In this document: positions 8,147 to 17,903 of the stretch, piece after piece
Position numbering within the stretch: position 1 is the first letter of the stretch
Layout: every line of letters starts with the position of its first letter
Origin: Gemmatimonadales bacterium
GTDB taxonomy: Bacteria; Gemmatimonadota; Gemmatimonadetes; Gemmatimonadales; JACORV01
Reading direction: 5' to 3'
Length of the DNA stretch: 64,000 nucleotides
Assembly (NCBI GenBank): GCA_035502185.1
Contig: DATJUT010000031.1
Location: forward strand, 155,899-219,898
The notes under the pieces: model-generated
Databases searched by the model: none
Seen by the model: only the letters and a program-made list of their open reading frames with translations
Told to the model about the DNA's origin: nothing
Program-made: the position numbers and the translations under genes

Positions 8147-9655
8147 ATGAGCGAGCGCTCCGGCGCCCCGACCATGAGCGGCCGGTATCTATGGTACGCG
8201 CTGGCGCTGCTGGCCTTCGGGAACCTGCTGAACTATCTCGACCGCAACATCATCCTGGCGCTGTTCGAGCCCATCAAGGACGAGCTGGACATCACGGACA
8301 CGCAGCTGGGCTGGCTGGGATCATCCTATGCCATCGCCTTCGCGCTCGGCGCGCTCGGGGCCGGCGTGCTGTCCGACCTGCGGTCACGGCGCACGGTGAT
8401 CGCCGGCGGCGTGGCCCTGTGGAGCGGGTTCACGGCCCTGGGCGGGGCGGCTGCGACCTACTGGCATCTCCTGACGACCCGCGGCGTGGTGGGGGTCGCG
8501 GAATCGTCGTACCTGCCCGCGGCGCAGGCGATGCTCGCCGACTACTTCCCGGACCGCGGGCGCGCGCAGGCGATGGGCATCTTCTGGGCCGGCCTGGCGG
8601 TGGGGGGCGTGCTGGCGGTCTGGCTCGGGGGCCACCTGGCGACCGCCTTCGGATGGCGCACCGCGCTGATCGTAGTCGGCCTGCCGGGCATCCTGTTCGC
8701 GCTGCTGCTGGCACGGCTGCGTGACCCGCGACCCCAGCCGCGACCGATGCTGCCGCAGACGCGGGCAGTCCGGCGCATTGCCCTCACGCCGAGGCTGATC
8801 CTGCGCGCCGGCCTTCCGCTCCTGCTGTCGATCCCGGTCGGGGCCGCCGTCTTCGGCGCGCTGATCCTCTTCCGGGTGGCGGCGGCCGCGGATACCGCGG
8901 TGTTCGGCGCGATCGTCGGCGTGGGTCTCGTGTGGACCATCGTCAAGTGGGTGCGGGTGGCGATGCGATGGCGCCACCGGCTGCTCGTCGGCGTCCCGGC
9001 CGACGCCGTGGACGAGATGCTGGACGCCGCGGCGGTCGTGCTGCGCACGCCGACTCTCGTCTGGATGTTCATCGGCGGCGCGTTGACCACGGCGGCTATG
9101 AATTCCCTGGTGGCGTGGTCGGCGAGCTACCTCCAGCGGGTATTGGACATGTCGCTGCTGCAGGCGGGGCGGCAGATCGGACTGGTGGGACTGGTGGCCG
9201 GCGTACTGGGGTCGTGGATCGGAGGGCGCTCGGGCGACCGCCTGATGGAACGCACCCCCGCGGGACGGGTCATCGCCGGCGCGGTGGGATTCCTCGCCGG
9301 AGCGCCGCTGTGCGTGGTGCTGCTGCTCGTCAACGACGTGCGGCTCTTCTCCGGCCTGTTCTTCGTCGTGGTGTTCTTCTTCACCTGGTACAACGGGCCC
9401 GCCGCCGCCGTGCTGTTCGACGTGGTGCCGCGCGGCATCGCGGCCACGGTGATGGGGGCCTACGTCTTCTTCATCCACATCGCCGGCGATGCCATCGCTC
9501 TGCCGGTCGTGGGGCTGTTGTCGGATCGCTACGGCCTGCGCGTCGCGCTGATGACGCTCCCTGCCGTCGGCCTGCTGGGTGGGGCGCTGCTCCTCCTGGC
9601 GGTGCCGACCGTGGCCCGCGACATGGCGCGCGTCAGGTCGCCGGCGGCGGCGTGA
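8147..9655 (+). CDS. MFS transporter
   Basis: 502 aa with 12-14 predicted helices. An MFS loop motif-like LSDLRSRR lies after TM2, followed by a long central loop. Confidence 0.88.
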   Translation: MSERSGAPTMSGRYLWYALALLAFGNLLNYLDRNIILALFEPIKDELDITDTQLGWLGSSYAIAFALGALGAGVLSDLRSRRTVIAGGVALWSGFTALGGAAATYWHLLTTRGVVGVAESSYLPAAQAMLADYFPDRGRAQAMGIFWAGLAVGGVLAVWLGGHLATAFGWRTALIVVGLPGILFALLLARLRDPRPQPRPMLPQTRAVRRIALTPRLILRAGLPLLLSIPVGAAVFGALILFRVAAAADTAVFGAIVGVGLVWTIVKWVRVAMRWRHRLLVGVPADAVDEMLDAAAVVLRTPTLVWMFIGGALTTAAMNSLVAWSASYLQRVLDMSLLQAGRQIGLVGLVAGVLGSWIGGRSGDRLMERTPAGRVIAGAVGFLAGAPLCVVLLLVNDVRLFSGLFFVVVFFFTWYNGPAAAVLFDVVPRGIAATVMGAYVFFIHIAGDAIALPVVGLLSDRYGLRVALMTLPAVGLLGGALLLLAVPTVARDMARVRSPAAA

Positions 9656-11300
9656 GCGCCTGCCGCATCTGCTGCACCTCGGCCAGGTAGGCGGCGAGGG
9701 AGGCGGCCTCGCGCGCGGCATCCCAGCCGAGCTCCCGTCCGAGCAGACCGGCCACCACCGGCGTCAGCTCCGTACCCTGGCTGGGATGCTGCCGAAACAG
9801 GTGAGTGCGGCGAATCATGACGTCGCTGACGGAGAGCGCCATCTCGCGCCGTGCCTGGTGGATCACCTCGGCGCGAAGGACCGGGACACCGGAGGCCAGC
9901 GGCTCCGCCAGGGGAGTGTCGCGGAAGGCCAGGTTGGCGACCGCCATCGCTTCCGTGCCGTAGGTGTCGACCAGGTGGCGCGCCGCGCCCTCGTCAAGTC
10001 GTTCCTTCACTAGCTCGCGAACCAGCAGCTCGAGGTCGGCGACCTCGCCACCGGGCAAGGGCTCCTCGGCGGTCGGCGCGCTCGGGGCGATGACGCGGCC
10101 GTCGAGACGGTGGAGCTTCAACCCCACCAGATCCACCAATTCCGCCGCCATCGAGCGGTACGTCGTCAGTTTGCCGCCGGTGATCGTCACCAGGCCGGAC
10201 GCGCTCTCGAAGATCCGGTGCTCGCGCGGGACGGCGGCGGTCGTCCCCCCGCCCCCGTCCCTGAGCAGCGGGCGGAGGCCGGCCCAGGCCGCGAGGAGGT
10301 CCGGGGGAGCGAGTCGCGCGTCGGGGAACAGGGCGTTTGCCGAGCGCAGCAGGTAGGTGATGTCGTCGGCGGTCGGAGCGACCGCCCCGGGGTCCCCTTC
10401 GTAGTCCGTGTCGGTGGTGCCGAGCACGGTGACGTCGCCCCACGGCAGCACGAACATCACGCGGCCGTCGAGCGGGGAAGTCATCGTGAGCGCGCCCGCG
10501 TTACCGAGCCGGGCGCGCGGAACCGCGACATGGACCCCTTTGGTTGGCCGGAGCACGGGCTCGGCGCCAGGCTCGTCCAGCTGGCGCATCGCGTCGGTCC
10601 AAGGGCCCGTCGCGTTCACGGCCACGTGCGCCCGGACGGCGAAGTGCCGGCCGTCGATGACGTCCTCCACCACCACGCCCCGAAGCTGGCCCGCAGCCTT
10701 CTCGAGCGACTTCACCGCCGCGTAGCTCGCGACCATCGCGCCGCTGCGGCGCGCCGCGCGCACGTTGGCCAGGACCAGCCGGGCGTCGTCGCAGCAGGCG
10801 TCGTAGTACACGGCGCCCCCCAGCAGGTCCTTGCTCCGCAGCTGCGGCTCGGCCTTGCGGACGCCGCGTCGCGACAGCGTCCGATGCATGCGCACGTTCC
10901 GGAACACCGACAGCAGGTCGTACAGCCACAGGCCGGCGGCCAGCCGGCCGCGGGTCACCCGGCCGCCGGCGTGGATCGGGAAGAGGAACGGCATCGGCCG
11001 CACGAGATGCGGCGCGATCCGTAACAGGACGCGGCGCTCGCGGCTCGCTTCGAACACCAGCCGGAGCCAGCCGTGCTCCAGATAGCGCAGCCCGCCGTGC
11101 ACGAGGCGAGACGAGCGACTGGACGTGCCGCTCCCGAAATCGCCGGCCTCGAGCAGGGCCGTGCGGATTCCGCGCCGGGCGGCGTCCCGCGCGATGCCGG
11201 CGCCGGTGATGCCCCCGCCGATCACCAGCAGGTCGGGCGGCGTCGCGGCCATCGCGTCGAGATCCGCGCGGCGGGTCTCAGCGGAGAACGCCGAGTCCAT
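9633..11300 (-). CDS. glpD: FAD-dependent glycerol-3-phosphate dehydrogenase
   Basis: Dinucleotide fold DLLVIGGGITGAGIARDAARRG and GTSSRSSRLVHGGLRYLE, with a GlpD-like C-terminal domain. ATG 11300 (MDSAFSAE) is preferred over ORF-track 11366. Confidence 0.92.
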   Translation of the reverse strand: MDSAFSAETRRADLDAMAATPPDLLVIGGGITGAGIARDAARRGIRTALLEAGDFGSGTSSRSSRLVHGGLRYLEHGWLRLVFEASRERRVLLRIAPHLVRPMPFLFPIHAGGRVTRGRLAAGLWLYDLLSVFRNVRMHRTLSRRGVRKAEPQLRSKDLLGGAVYYDACCDDARLVLANVRAARRSGAMVASYAAVKSLEKAAGQLRGVVVEDVIDGRHFAVRAHVAVNATGPWTDAMRQLDEPGAEPVLRPTKGVHVAVPRARLGNAGALTMTSPLDGRVMFVLPWGDVTVLGTTDTDYEGDPGAVAPTADDITYLLRSANALFPDARLAPPDLLAAWAGLRPLLRDGGGGTTAAVPREHRIFESASGLVTITGGKLTTYRSMAAELVDLVGLKLHRLDGRVIAPSAPTAEEPLPGGEVADLELLVRELVKERLDEGAARHLVDTYGTEAMAVANLAFRDTPLAEPLASGVPVLRAEVIHQARREMALSVSDVMIRRTHLFRQHPSQGTELTPVVAGLLGRELGWDAAREAASLAAYLAEVQQMRQALTPPPAT

Positions 11301-11398
11301 GGCCCAATTTGCCACCAAAAACCCGCGGGCGCACGGTGCGACCGCGCTGGCCCGCACTCCACGCACGGGCTAGCTTTGCTGGGACCGGCGGCCAGCCG

Positions 11399-12715
11399 AT
11401 GCGCCGGAAACGGAGCCGGATCATGCTCGGGCAGAACGGTCGTCGGGTCGCCGTCATCGCGGGTTGCCGCACCCCGTTCGTGAAGTCCGGCACGGTGTTC
11501 AAGGACCTCAGCGCCGTCGAGTTGGCCAAGCTCGCCACGCGCGAACTGCTGATTCGGACCGAGATTCCGCCGGCGAAGGTGGATCAGGTCGTCTTCGGCC
11601 AGGTCATTCCCTCGGTGCTCGCGCCCAACGTGGCACGGGAAGTGAGCCTGCTGCCGCAGTTTCCCCGGAACGTGCCCGCGTTCTCGCTGAACCGGGCGTG
11701 CGCGTCGTCGGGCCAGGCCGTCGCCGAGGCGTTCGACCAGATCGCGCTCGGGCAGGCGGACATGGTCGTCGCGGGCGGGACGGAATCGCTGTCCGACATC
11801 CCGATCCTCCACTCCAGGCGATTCGCGGAGCTGCTCGTGCAAGCGAGCCGGGCGCGCACGCTGGGGAAACGGTTGGCGACGCTCGCGAGGATCCGTCCGC
11901 GCGATCTCGTTCCGGTGACGCCGGCCATTGCCGAGCCGTCCACCGGCGAGACGATGGGGCAGTCGGCCGAGAAGATGGCCAAGGAAAACGGCATCTCGCG
12001 GCACGCCCAGGACGACTACGCGCTGCGCTCGCACCGGCTGGCCGCGCGGGGCACGGCCGACGGGCGGTTGACGGCGGAAATCGCGCCCGTCTTCGTTCCG
12101 CCGGCGTACGAGCCGGTCACCGCGGACAACGGGATACGCGCGGATTCCACCCTCGAGCAACTGGCGGCGCTGAGGCCGGCGTTCGACCGGCGCTACGGAT
12201 CGGTGACTGCCGGCAACGCATCGCCCCTGACCGACGGCGCGTCCGCCGTGCTGGTGATGAGCGGGGAGGCCGCTCGGGCCGCGGGATTCGAGCCGCTGGC
12301 CTACGTTCGCTCGTATGCCGTGGCGGCGGTGGATCCCGGCGCCCAACTGCTCATGGGCCCGGCGTACGCCATCCCTCGCGCGCTCGAGCGAGCCCGCATC
12401 GCCTGGAAGGACCTCGGGCTCGTCGAGATGCACGAGGCGTTCGCGTCGCAGGTGCTGTCGAATATCCAGGCCATCGAGTCGGATATGTGGGCGCGCGAGC
12501 ACCTCGGGCGCGACAGGCGCATCGGCGAGGTGAACTGGGAGGTGCTCAACGTGATGGGGGGGTCGATTGCGATCGGCCACCCATTCGGCGCGACCGGCGG
12601 GCGCCTCATTACGACGCTCGGCAACGAGATGCGGCGGCGGGACGTTCAGTTCGGACTGGTCTCGGTGTGTGCCCAGGGCGGCATGGGGTTTGCCATGGTC
12701 CTCGAGCGGATGTGA
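11399..12715 (+). CDS. fadI: 3-ketoacyl-CoA thiolase (acetyl-CoA acyltransferase), FadI-like
   Basis: N-terminus RVAVIAGCRTPFVKSG, active-site Cys region LNRACASSGQA, C-terminal GHPFGATGGR and CAQGGMG. The thiolase-then-hydratase/dehydrogenase order matches fadIJ. Confidence 0.9.
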   Translation: MRRKRSRIMLGQNGRRVAVIAGCRTPFVKSGTVFKDLSAVELAKLATRELLIRTEIPPAKVDQVVFGQVIPSVLAPNVAREVSLLPQFPRNVPAFSLNRACASSGQAVAEAFDQIALGQADMVVAGGTESLSDIPILHSRRFAELLVQASRARTLGKRLATLARIRPRDLVPVTPAIAEPSTGETMGQSAEKMAKENGISRHAQDDYALRSHRLAARGTADGRLTAEIAPVFVPPAYEPVTADNGIRADSTLEQLAALRPAFDRRYGSVTAGNASPLTDGASAVLVMSGEAARAAGFEPLAYVRSYAVAAVDPGAQLLMGPAYAIPRALERARIAWKDLGLVEMHEAFASQVLSNIQAIESDMWAREHLGRDRRIGEVNWEVLNVMGGSIAIGHPFGATGGRLITTLGNEMRRRDVQFGLVSVCAQGGMGFAMVLERM

Positions 12716-12725
12716 GGCGGTCCAC

Positions 12726-14879
12726 GTGGACGCGGAGGGTGGAACGGGCGCGCTCGCGACGGTAGTCGAAGACGGCGTCGCCGTCCTCACGCTCGACCTG
12801 CCGGGCGAGAGCGTCAACAAGTTCTCGCGAGCGGTGAGGGACGAGTTCGCGGCGGCGTTCGCGGCGCTGCAGAACGACGCCGCGGTCCGCGCCATCGTAA
12901 TCGCGTCCGGCAAGAAGGACGTGTTCGTCGCGGGCGCCGACATCGAGGAGTTCGTCGCGCTGCGCACAGCGGAGGAGGCCAGGCGGCTGTCGCGGGACGG
13001 GCAATCGATGCTCGACCGCGTGGCGGACTCGCCGAAGCCGGTCGTGGCCGCGATTCACGGCGTCTGCCTCGGTGGCGGACTGGAGTTGGTCCTCGCGTGC
13101 CACTATCGTGTCGCGACGGACCACCCGAAGACCGCGCTCGGGGCGCCCGAGGTCCAGCTCGGCATCATCCCCGGGGCGGGCGGGTGCAACCGGCTGCCAC
13201 GCGTCGTCGGACTCCGCAGTGCGCTGGAGATGATCCTCACCGGGAAGAACGTCCGCGCCGCGAAGGCGCTCAGGATGGGGCTGGTGGACGAGCTGGTGCC
13301 GCCGGCGATCCTGCGGCAGGTCGCCGTGAAGGCGGCGCGGCGGCTCGCCGAGACCCCGGTGCACCGCCGGCGCCGCGGCGGTGTCCTCGGGTGGCTCTTC
13401 GACCGCAGCGCGCTCGGGCAGGCCGTCGTGTTGAGACGGGCGCGGGCCATGACGCGATCGCAGACGGCCGGCCACTATCCGGCTCCGCTCGCGGCGCTGG
13501 ACGTGATCCGGTGCAGCCTGGCGAGCGGCATGGAGCAGGGGCTGCCCTACGAAGCGGAGCGGTTCGGCGAGATGGCGATGACCGACGTGTCGCGCCGGCT
13601 GGTCGAGGTGTTCTTCGCCACCACCGCGCTCAAGAAGGACCCCGGCGTTCCGGCGCCGGCGCCGGCCCCGCGTCCGGTCGCGCAGCTGGGCATCCTGGGC
13701 GCCGGGTTCATGGGATCGGGCATCGCGGCGGTCGCGGCGGCGCAAGCGGGGGTGCCGGTACGCCTCAAGGATGCGGATCTGCCGCGGGTCGGCGCCGGCC
13801 TCAAGGCGCTGGCCGGCATCGTGGACGAACGGGTGCGCCGTCGGAGCGTCAGCCGGCGCGACGCGGGGCGGCAGCTCGCCCTGGTCTCCGGCGGCATCGA
13901 CTTCGCGGGATTCCACGCGGCGGACCTGGTGATCGAAGCGGTGTTCGAGGACCTGGAGATCAAGCGCCAGGTGCTTCGCGAGGTCGAAGCCGTTTCCCGG
14001 CCCGACTGCATCTTCGCGTCGAACACCTCGACGATTCCGATCTCGCGCATCGCCGAGGCCTCGGCCCGTCCGGAGACCGTGGTCGGAATGCACTTCTTTT
14101 CGCCGGTGCACCGGATGCCGTTGCTGGAGATCGTCGTCGGAGCGCGCACCGCGCGGGAAACGACGGTGACGGCCGTCGCATTCGGACGGCGACTCGGCAA
14201 GACGGTAGTCGTGGTGCAGGATCGACCCGGCTTCTTCGTCAACCGGATCCTCGCGCCGTACATCAACGAGGCCGGGCGGCTGTTGACGGAAGGCGTGCCC
14301 ATCGCGCTGCTGGATCGGGCGATGACGCAATGGGGGTTCCCGGTCGGGCCGATCACGCTGCTCGACGAAGTCGGCCTCGACGTGGCCGCCAAGGCGGCGC
14401 ACGTGATGCACCAGGCGTTCGGCGACCGGCTCGAACGGTCGCTCGACCTCGACGCGTTGGTGGCGGACCGGCGGCTGGGACGCAAGAACGGGCGGGGCTT
14501 CTTCCTCTATCGGGCGGGGAAGAAGGCAGGCGAGGACCCGACGGTGTACCGGGCGCTGGGTCTCGCGCCGGCGGAGCGCGAGACCGACCCGGACGTCGTG
14601 GCCGAGCGGCTGGCGTTCGCCATGCTCAACGAGGCCGCGCGGGCCCTCGAGGAGGGCGTGATCGCGCAGCCGCGCGACGGGGACGTGGGCGCGCTGTTCG
14701 GCATCGGATTCCCGCCCTTTCGCGGGGGCCCGTTCCGTACCCTGGATGCCCTGGGTGCCCGGGCGGCCGTGGACAGTCTGGCGCGCCTGGCGGCGACGCA
14801 CGGCGATCGCTTCGCCCCCGCCGCCTCGCTGGTCGCCCAGGCCGAGCACGGTGGACGCTTCTACCCTTCACTTCGGTAA
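12726..14879 (+). CDS. fadJ: Fused enoyl-CoA hydratase / 3-hydroxyacyl-CoA dehydrogenase
   Basis: Crotonase part (VIASGKKDVFVAGADIEEF) followed by the NAD fold GILGAGFMGSGIA and a 3-HCDH C-terminal domain. GTG 12726 is preceded by GAGG. The ORF-track start 12567 overlaps the thiolase. Confidence 0.92.
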   Translation: MDAEGGTGALATVVEDGVAVLTLDLPGESVNKFSRAVRDEFAAAFAALQNDAAVRAIVIASGKKDVFVAGADIEEFVALRTAEEARRLSRDGQSMLDRVADSPKPVVAAIHGVCLGGGLELVLACHYRVATDHPKTALGAPEVQLGIIPGAGGCNRLPRVVGLRSALEMILTGKNVRAAKALRMGLVDELVPPAILRQVAVKAARRLAETPVHRRRRGGVLGWLFDRSALGQAVVLRRARAMTRSQTAGHYPAPLAALDVIRCSLASGMEQGLPYEAERFGEMAMTDVSRRLVEVFFATTALKKDPGVPAPAPAPRPVAQLGILGAGFMGSGIAAVAAAQAGVPVRLKDADLPRVGAGLKALAGIVDERVRRRSVSRRDAGRQLALVSGGIDFAGFHAADLVIEAVFEDLEIKRQVLREVEAVSRPDCIFASNTSTIPISRIAEASARPETVVGMHFFSPVHRMPLLEIVVGARTARETTVTAVAFGRRLGKTVVVVQDRPGFFVNRILAPYINEAGRLLTEGVPIALLDRAMTQWGFPVGPITLLDEVGLDVAAKAAHVMHQAFGDRLERSLDLDALVADRRLGRKNGRGFFLYRAGKKAGEDPTVYRALGLAPAERETDPDVVAERLAFAMLNEAARALEEGVIAQPRDGDVGALFGIGFPPFRGGPFRTLDALGARAAVDSLARLAATHGDRFAPAASLVAQAEHGGRFYPSLR

Positions 14880-14887
14880 CCATACGC

Positions 14888-15817
14888 ATGCTGCGCCGCA
14901 CATTCCTGTATCTCAGCGAGCAACCGCAGATCTTCGCCTTCATTCGCGGCAACCGGCTGGCCCGGCGGCTTGCCTCGCGGTTCGTTGCGGGCGAGACGAT
15001 GGATTCCGCGGCGGCCGCCGTCCGCGAGCTGAACGGGCGCGGGATCGCCGCCAGCCTCGACCTCCTCGGAGAGAGCGTCACGAAGGCGGACGAGGCGCGG
15101 AGCTGCGCGGCGACGGTCGCCGAGATCCTGGCACGGATCGCGGCGGACCGGCTCGACTGCAACGTGTCGGTCAAGCTCACGCAGCTGGGACTCGACCTCG
15201 ACCGCGGTCTGTGCCTCGAGAACATGCGCCGGATCCTGGACCGCGGCCGCGAGCTGGGCATCTCCGTGCGCATCGACATGGAGAGCAGCGCCCACACCCA
15301 GCGGACGCTCGACCTGTTCGAGCGGGACCTGCTGCCGGTCTACGGCGACCGCGTGGGCATCGTGATCCAGTCGTACCTGCGTCGCAGCGCCGCCGACGTC
15401 GACCGCCTCATCGGGGCTCGCGCCCGGGTTCGGCTCTGCAAGGGCGCGTACCAGGAGCCGGCGACGGTGGCGTTTCCCGACAAGGCGGACGTGGACCGGA
15501 GCTACGGGGAGCTGATCGAGAAGCTCCTGGAGCACGGCCATCAGCCTGCGGTCGCGACGCACGACCCCGCACTGATCACGCGGGTGCGCCGCTTCGTTGA
15601 GGCGAAGGCCATCGCGGCGGACCGGTTCGAGTTCCAGATGCTGTACGGCATCCGGCGCGACCTCCAGGAGGAGCTGCGACGGGCCGGGTACCGGGTGCGG
15701 GTGTACGTGCCGTTCGGCACCCAGTGGTATCCCTATCTGATGCGGCGCCTGGCCGAGCGGCCGGCCAACATCGCCTTCATCCTCGGCAACGTCGTCAAGG
15801 AAACGCTGCGGACGTGA
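14888..15817 (+). CDS. Proline dehydrogenase (monofunctional PutA-like)
   Basis: ProDH barrel motifs in order: LDLLGE, VKLTQLG, IDMESS, QSYLRR, RLCKGAY, ATHD, FQMLYGIR. ATG 14888 lies inside ORF 13097..15817. Confidence 0.88.
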   Translation: MLRRTFLYLSEQPQIFAFIRGNRLARRLASRFVAGETMDSAAAAVRELNGRGIAASLDLLGESVTKADEARSCAATVAEILARIAADRLDCNVSVKLTQLGLDLDRGLCLENMRRILDRGRELGISVRIDMESSAHTQRTLDLFERDLLPVYGDRVGIVIQSYLRRSAADVDRLIGARARVRLCKGAYQEPATVAFPDKADVDRSYGELIEKLLEHGHQPAVATHDPALITRVRRFVEAKAIAADRFEFQMLYGIRRDLQEELRRAGYRVRVYVPFGTQWYPYLMRRLAERPANIAFILGNVVKETLRT

Positions 15818-16137
15818 ACTTCGCGGAAGACACACTGGGTGGATACGTGGCCGTGCACGGGCGGCCGCCGGGCCTCACCGGCAGCGATGGTCACCCGTAC
15901 TCGGTCGGGGTCTTCTCGGAGGACGACCCCGGACCGGATGGCCGCTACGGTGCGGCGCTTCTCTTCATCCGCTGGTCGGCGAGCAATGCCCCGGATGGGC
16001 ACCTGGAGAGCGACTACCTGGCGTTCGGCCCGACCGCGGCGGCCGCGGAGGCGGAGGTGGGCCGTCTGAGCCTGCTCGGCGTGAAGGAAATTCTCGACGC
16101 GCTGATCGCGTCGCATCCCGGAAGCGGAGCGACATGA
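15814..16137 (+). CDS. Hypothetical protein (107 aa)
   Basis: GTG 15814 overlaps the ProDH TGA (GTGA), and its stop overlaps the next ATG (ATGA at 16134). No family was recognised. Confidence 0.5.
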   Translation: MNFAEDTLGGYVAVHGRPPGLTGSDGHPYSVGVFSEDDPGPDGRYGAALLFIRWSASNAPDGHLESDYLAFGPTAAAAEAEVGRLSLLGVKEILDALIASHPGSGAT

Positions 16138-17366
16138 AAGACGTGAGCCTGTTCACCCCGTTCCGCGGCGAACGCTACGCGGACGCGGCCTCGCTGGAAC
16201 GACGCCTGGCCCCTCCCTACGACGTGATCTCTCCGTCGCAGCGGGCGGAGCTGGTGGCGCGTGATCCATGCAACGTCGTGAACGTGGACCTGCCGGCGGC
16301 GCCCGGCGGAGGCGACCCGTACGCGGAGGCGGCACGCCTCCTGGCCGAGTGGCGCGCGAGCGGCGTGCTGGTGCGCGACGAGCAGCCGTCCGCGTACGTG
16401 CTTCGCACCTCGGGCCGGTTTCCGGACGGCTCGGTGCGGGAGCGGACCGGGGTGTTCCTGGCGGTGGCGGCGGAACCGTTCTCCAGGGGGCGAGTCCTCC
16501 CGCACGAGCGCACCCACGCCGCGGCGAAGGAGGATCGCCGGAGGCTGATGCACGCGACGGGCGCCAACCTGAGTGCCGTGTTCCTGCTGGCGCCCGACGG
16601 AACGGGGAAGCTCGACGGGGCGCTGCGCCAGGCGACGGCGCGCCCGCCGTGGGCACGGTGTCCGGCCCTGGGGTCGGACCAGGCCATCTGGGTCGTGACG
16701 GGAGCGGAGGCCGAGCAGCTCGCCGCGGCGGCGGGCGCCGAGAGCGTGTACGTGGCCGACGGGCACCACCGCTTCGAGACCTCGGTGATGTTCAGGGACG
16801 AAGCGCCGTCAGCCTGGCAGGCTGGCGCGGCGCGCACCCTGGCCTACGTGGTGTCGTTCCGCGACCCCGGACTCGTGATCCTGGCCACGCACCGCATGCT
16901 CGAGGGTGCGCCGTTCGAGCCGGACGCCTTCCTGGCGGCGGCCGCGCCCTACTTCGCGATCGCACCGACCCGGAAGGAGCCCACGCTCTCGGTCGTCTTC
17001 AAGGGAGGCCGGGAGGTGGCGCTGGCGGTGCGGCCGAAGGCGAAGTGGCCGAAGGTGAATGACCAGGCCGTGCATCCGGCGGTGCGCGCGCTGGAGGTGG
17101 CCGCGGCCGACAGCCTGGCCGTAGGCGTCGTCGCCGCATCGCTCCTGGGGACGGCGCCGGCGCTGCGCTACACGGCCGACGTCGCCGAGGCGCGCGAGGC
17201 CGGCCGCGAGGGCCGCTGCGCCTGCGCGCTGATACTGCCGCCGACGCGCCTCGAGGCGGTGCGGCGAGTGGCGGATGCGGGGCAGATCATGCCGCCCAAG
17301 TCCACCTTCTTCGCTCCGAAGGTGCCGACGGGCGTCGTGCTCCGTCCGTTCGACGCCCCGGTCTAG
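16134..17366 (+). CDS. DUF1015-family protein
   Basis: N-terminal FTPFRGERY and PPYDVISPSQR motifs, plus the ADGHHR motif, all characteristic of DUF1015. Confidence 0.85.
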   Translation: MKDVSLFTPFRGERYADAASLERRLAPPYDVISPSQRAELVARDPCNVVNVDLPAAPGGGDPYAEAARLLAEWRASGVLVRDEQPSAYVLRTSGRFPDGSVRERTGVFLAVAAEPFSRGRVLPHERTHAAAKEDRRRLMHATGANLSAVFLLAPDGTGKLDGALRQATARPPWARCPALGSDQAIWVVTGAEAEQLAAAAGAESVYVADGHHRFETSVMFRDEAPSAWQAGAARTLAYVVSFRDPGLVILATHRMLEGAPFEPDAFLAAAAPYFAIAPTRKEPTLSVVFKGGREVALAVRPKAKWPKVNDQAVHPAVRALEVAAADSLAVGVVAASLLGTAPALRYTADVAEAREAGREGRCACALILPPTRLEAVRRVADAGQIMPPKSTFFAPKVPTGVVLRPFDAPV

Positions 17367-17893
17367 TCCTTGGCCGGCGCCGCGAGCGCCCGGATGATCG
17401 CGCGGCAGAACGCCGGGAGGTCCGCGGGCGTGCGGGAAGAGATCAGATTGCCGTCCACCACGACCGGCTCGTCGAGGTAGGTGGCGCCCGCGTTGACCAC
17501 GTCGTCGCGGATGGCGCGCACGCAGGTCACGCGGCGTCCCTTCAGCAGGCCGGCGGACACCGGCACCCAGGCGGCGTGGCAGATGAACGCCACCGGCTTC
17601 CCGGCCTCCGCGATCGCCCGGGTGATGCCGAGCAACTTCTCCGAGCGCCGCATCTGGTCCGGAGCGTAGCCTCCCGGGATGACCAGGCCGTCGTAGACCT
17701 CGGCATACAGGTCGTCCACGAAGCTGTCGACCGTGACCGGGTAACCCTTCTTGCCCAGGTAGGTCTTCTCACCCAGCCCTGCCACGACCGTCTTCGCGCC
17801 TTCCTCCTCGAGGCGGATCTTCGGATACCACAACTCGAGGTCCTCGTACTGCGGGCCCACGAAGAACAGCACCGTCTTGCCCTTGAGCATCAT
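17363..17893 (-). CDS. DJ-1/PfpI-family protein (intracellular protease/amidase type)
   Basis: 176 aa. Nucleophile elbow KPVAFICHAAW, and VVDGNLISSRTPADLPAF. Convergent with the DUF1015 gene, sharing CTAG. Confidence 0.9.
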   Translation of the reverse strand: MMLKGKTVLFFVGPQYEDLELWYPKIRLEEEGAKTVVAGLGEKTYLGKKGYPVTVDSFVDDLYAEVYDGLVIPGGYAPDQMRRSEKLLGITRAIAEAGKPVAFICHAAWVPVSAGLLKGRRVTCVRAIRDDVVNAGATYLDEPVVVDGNLISSRTPADLPAFCRAIIRALAAPAKD

Positions 17894-17903
17894 GGGGCCG
17901 ACC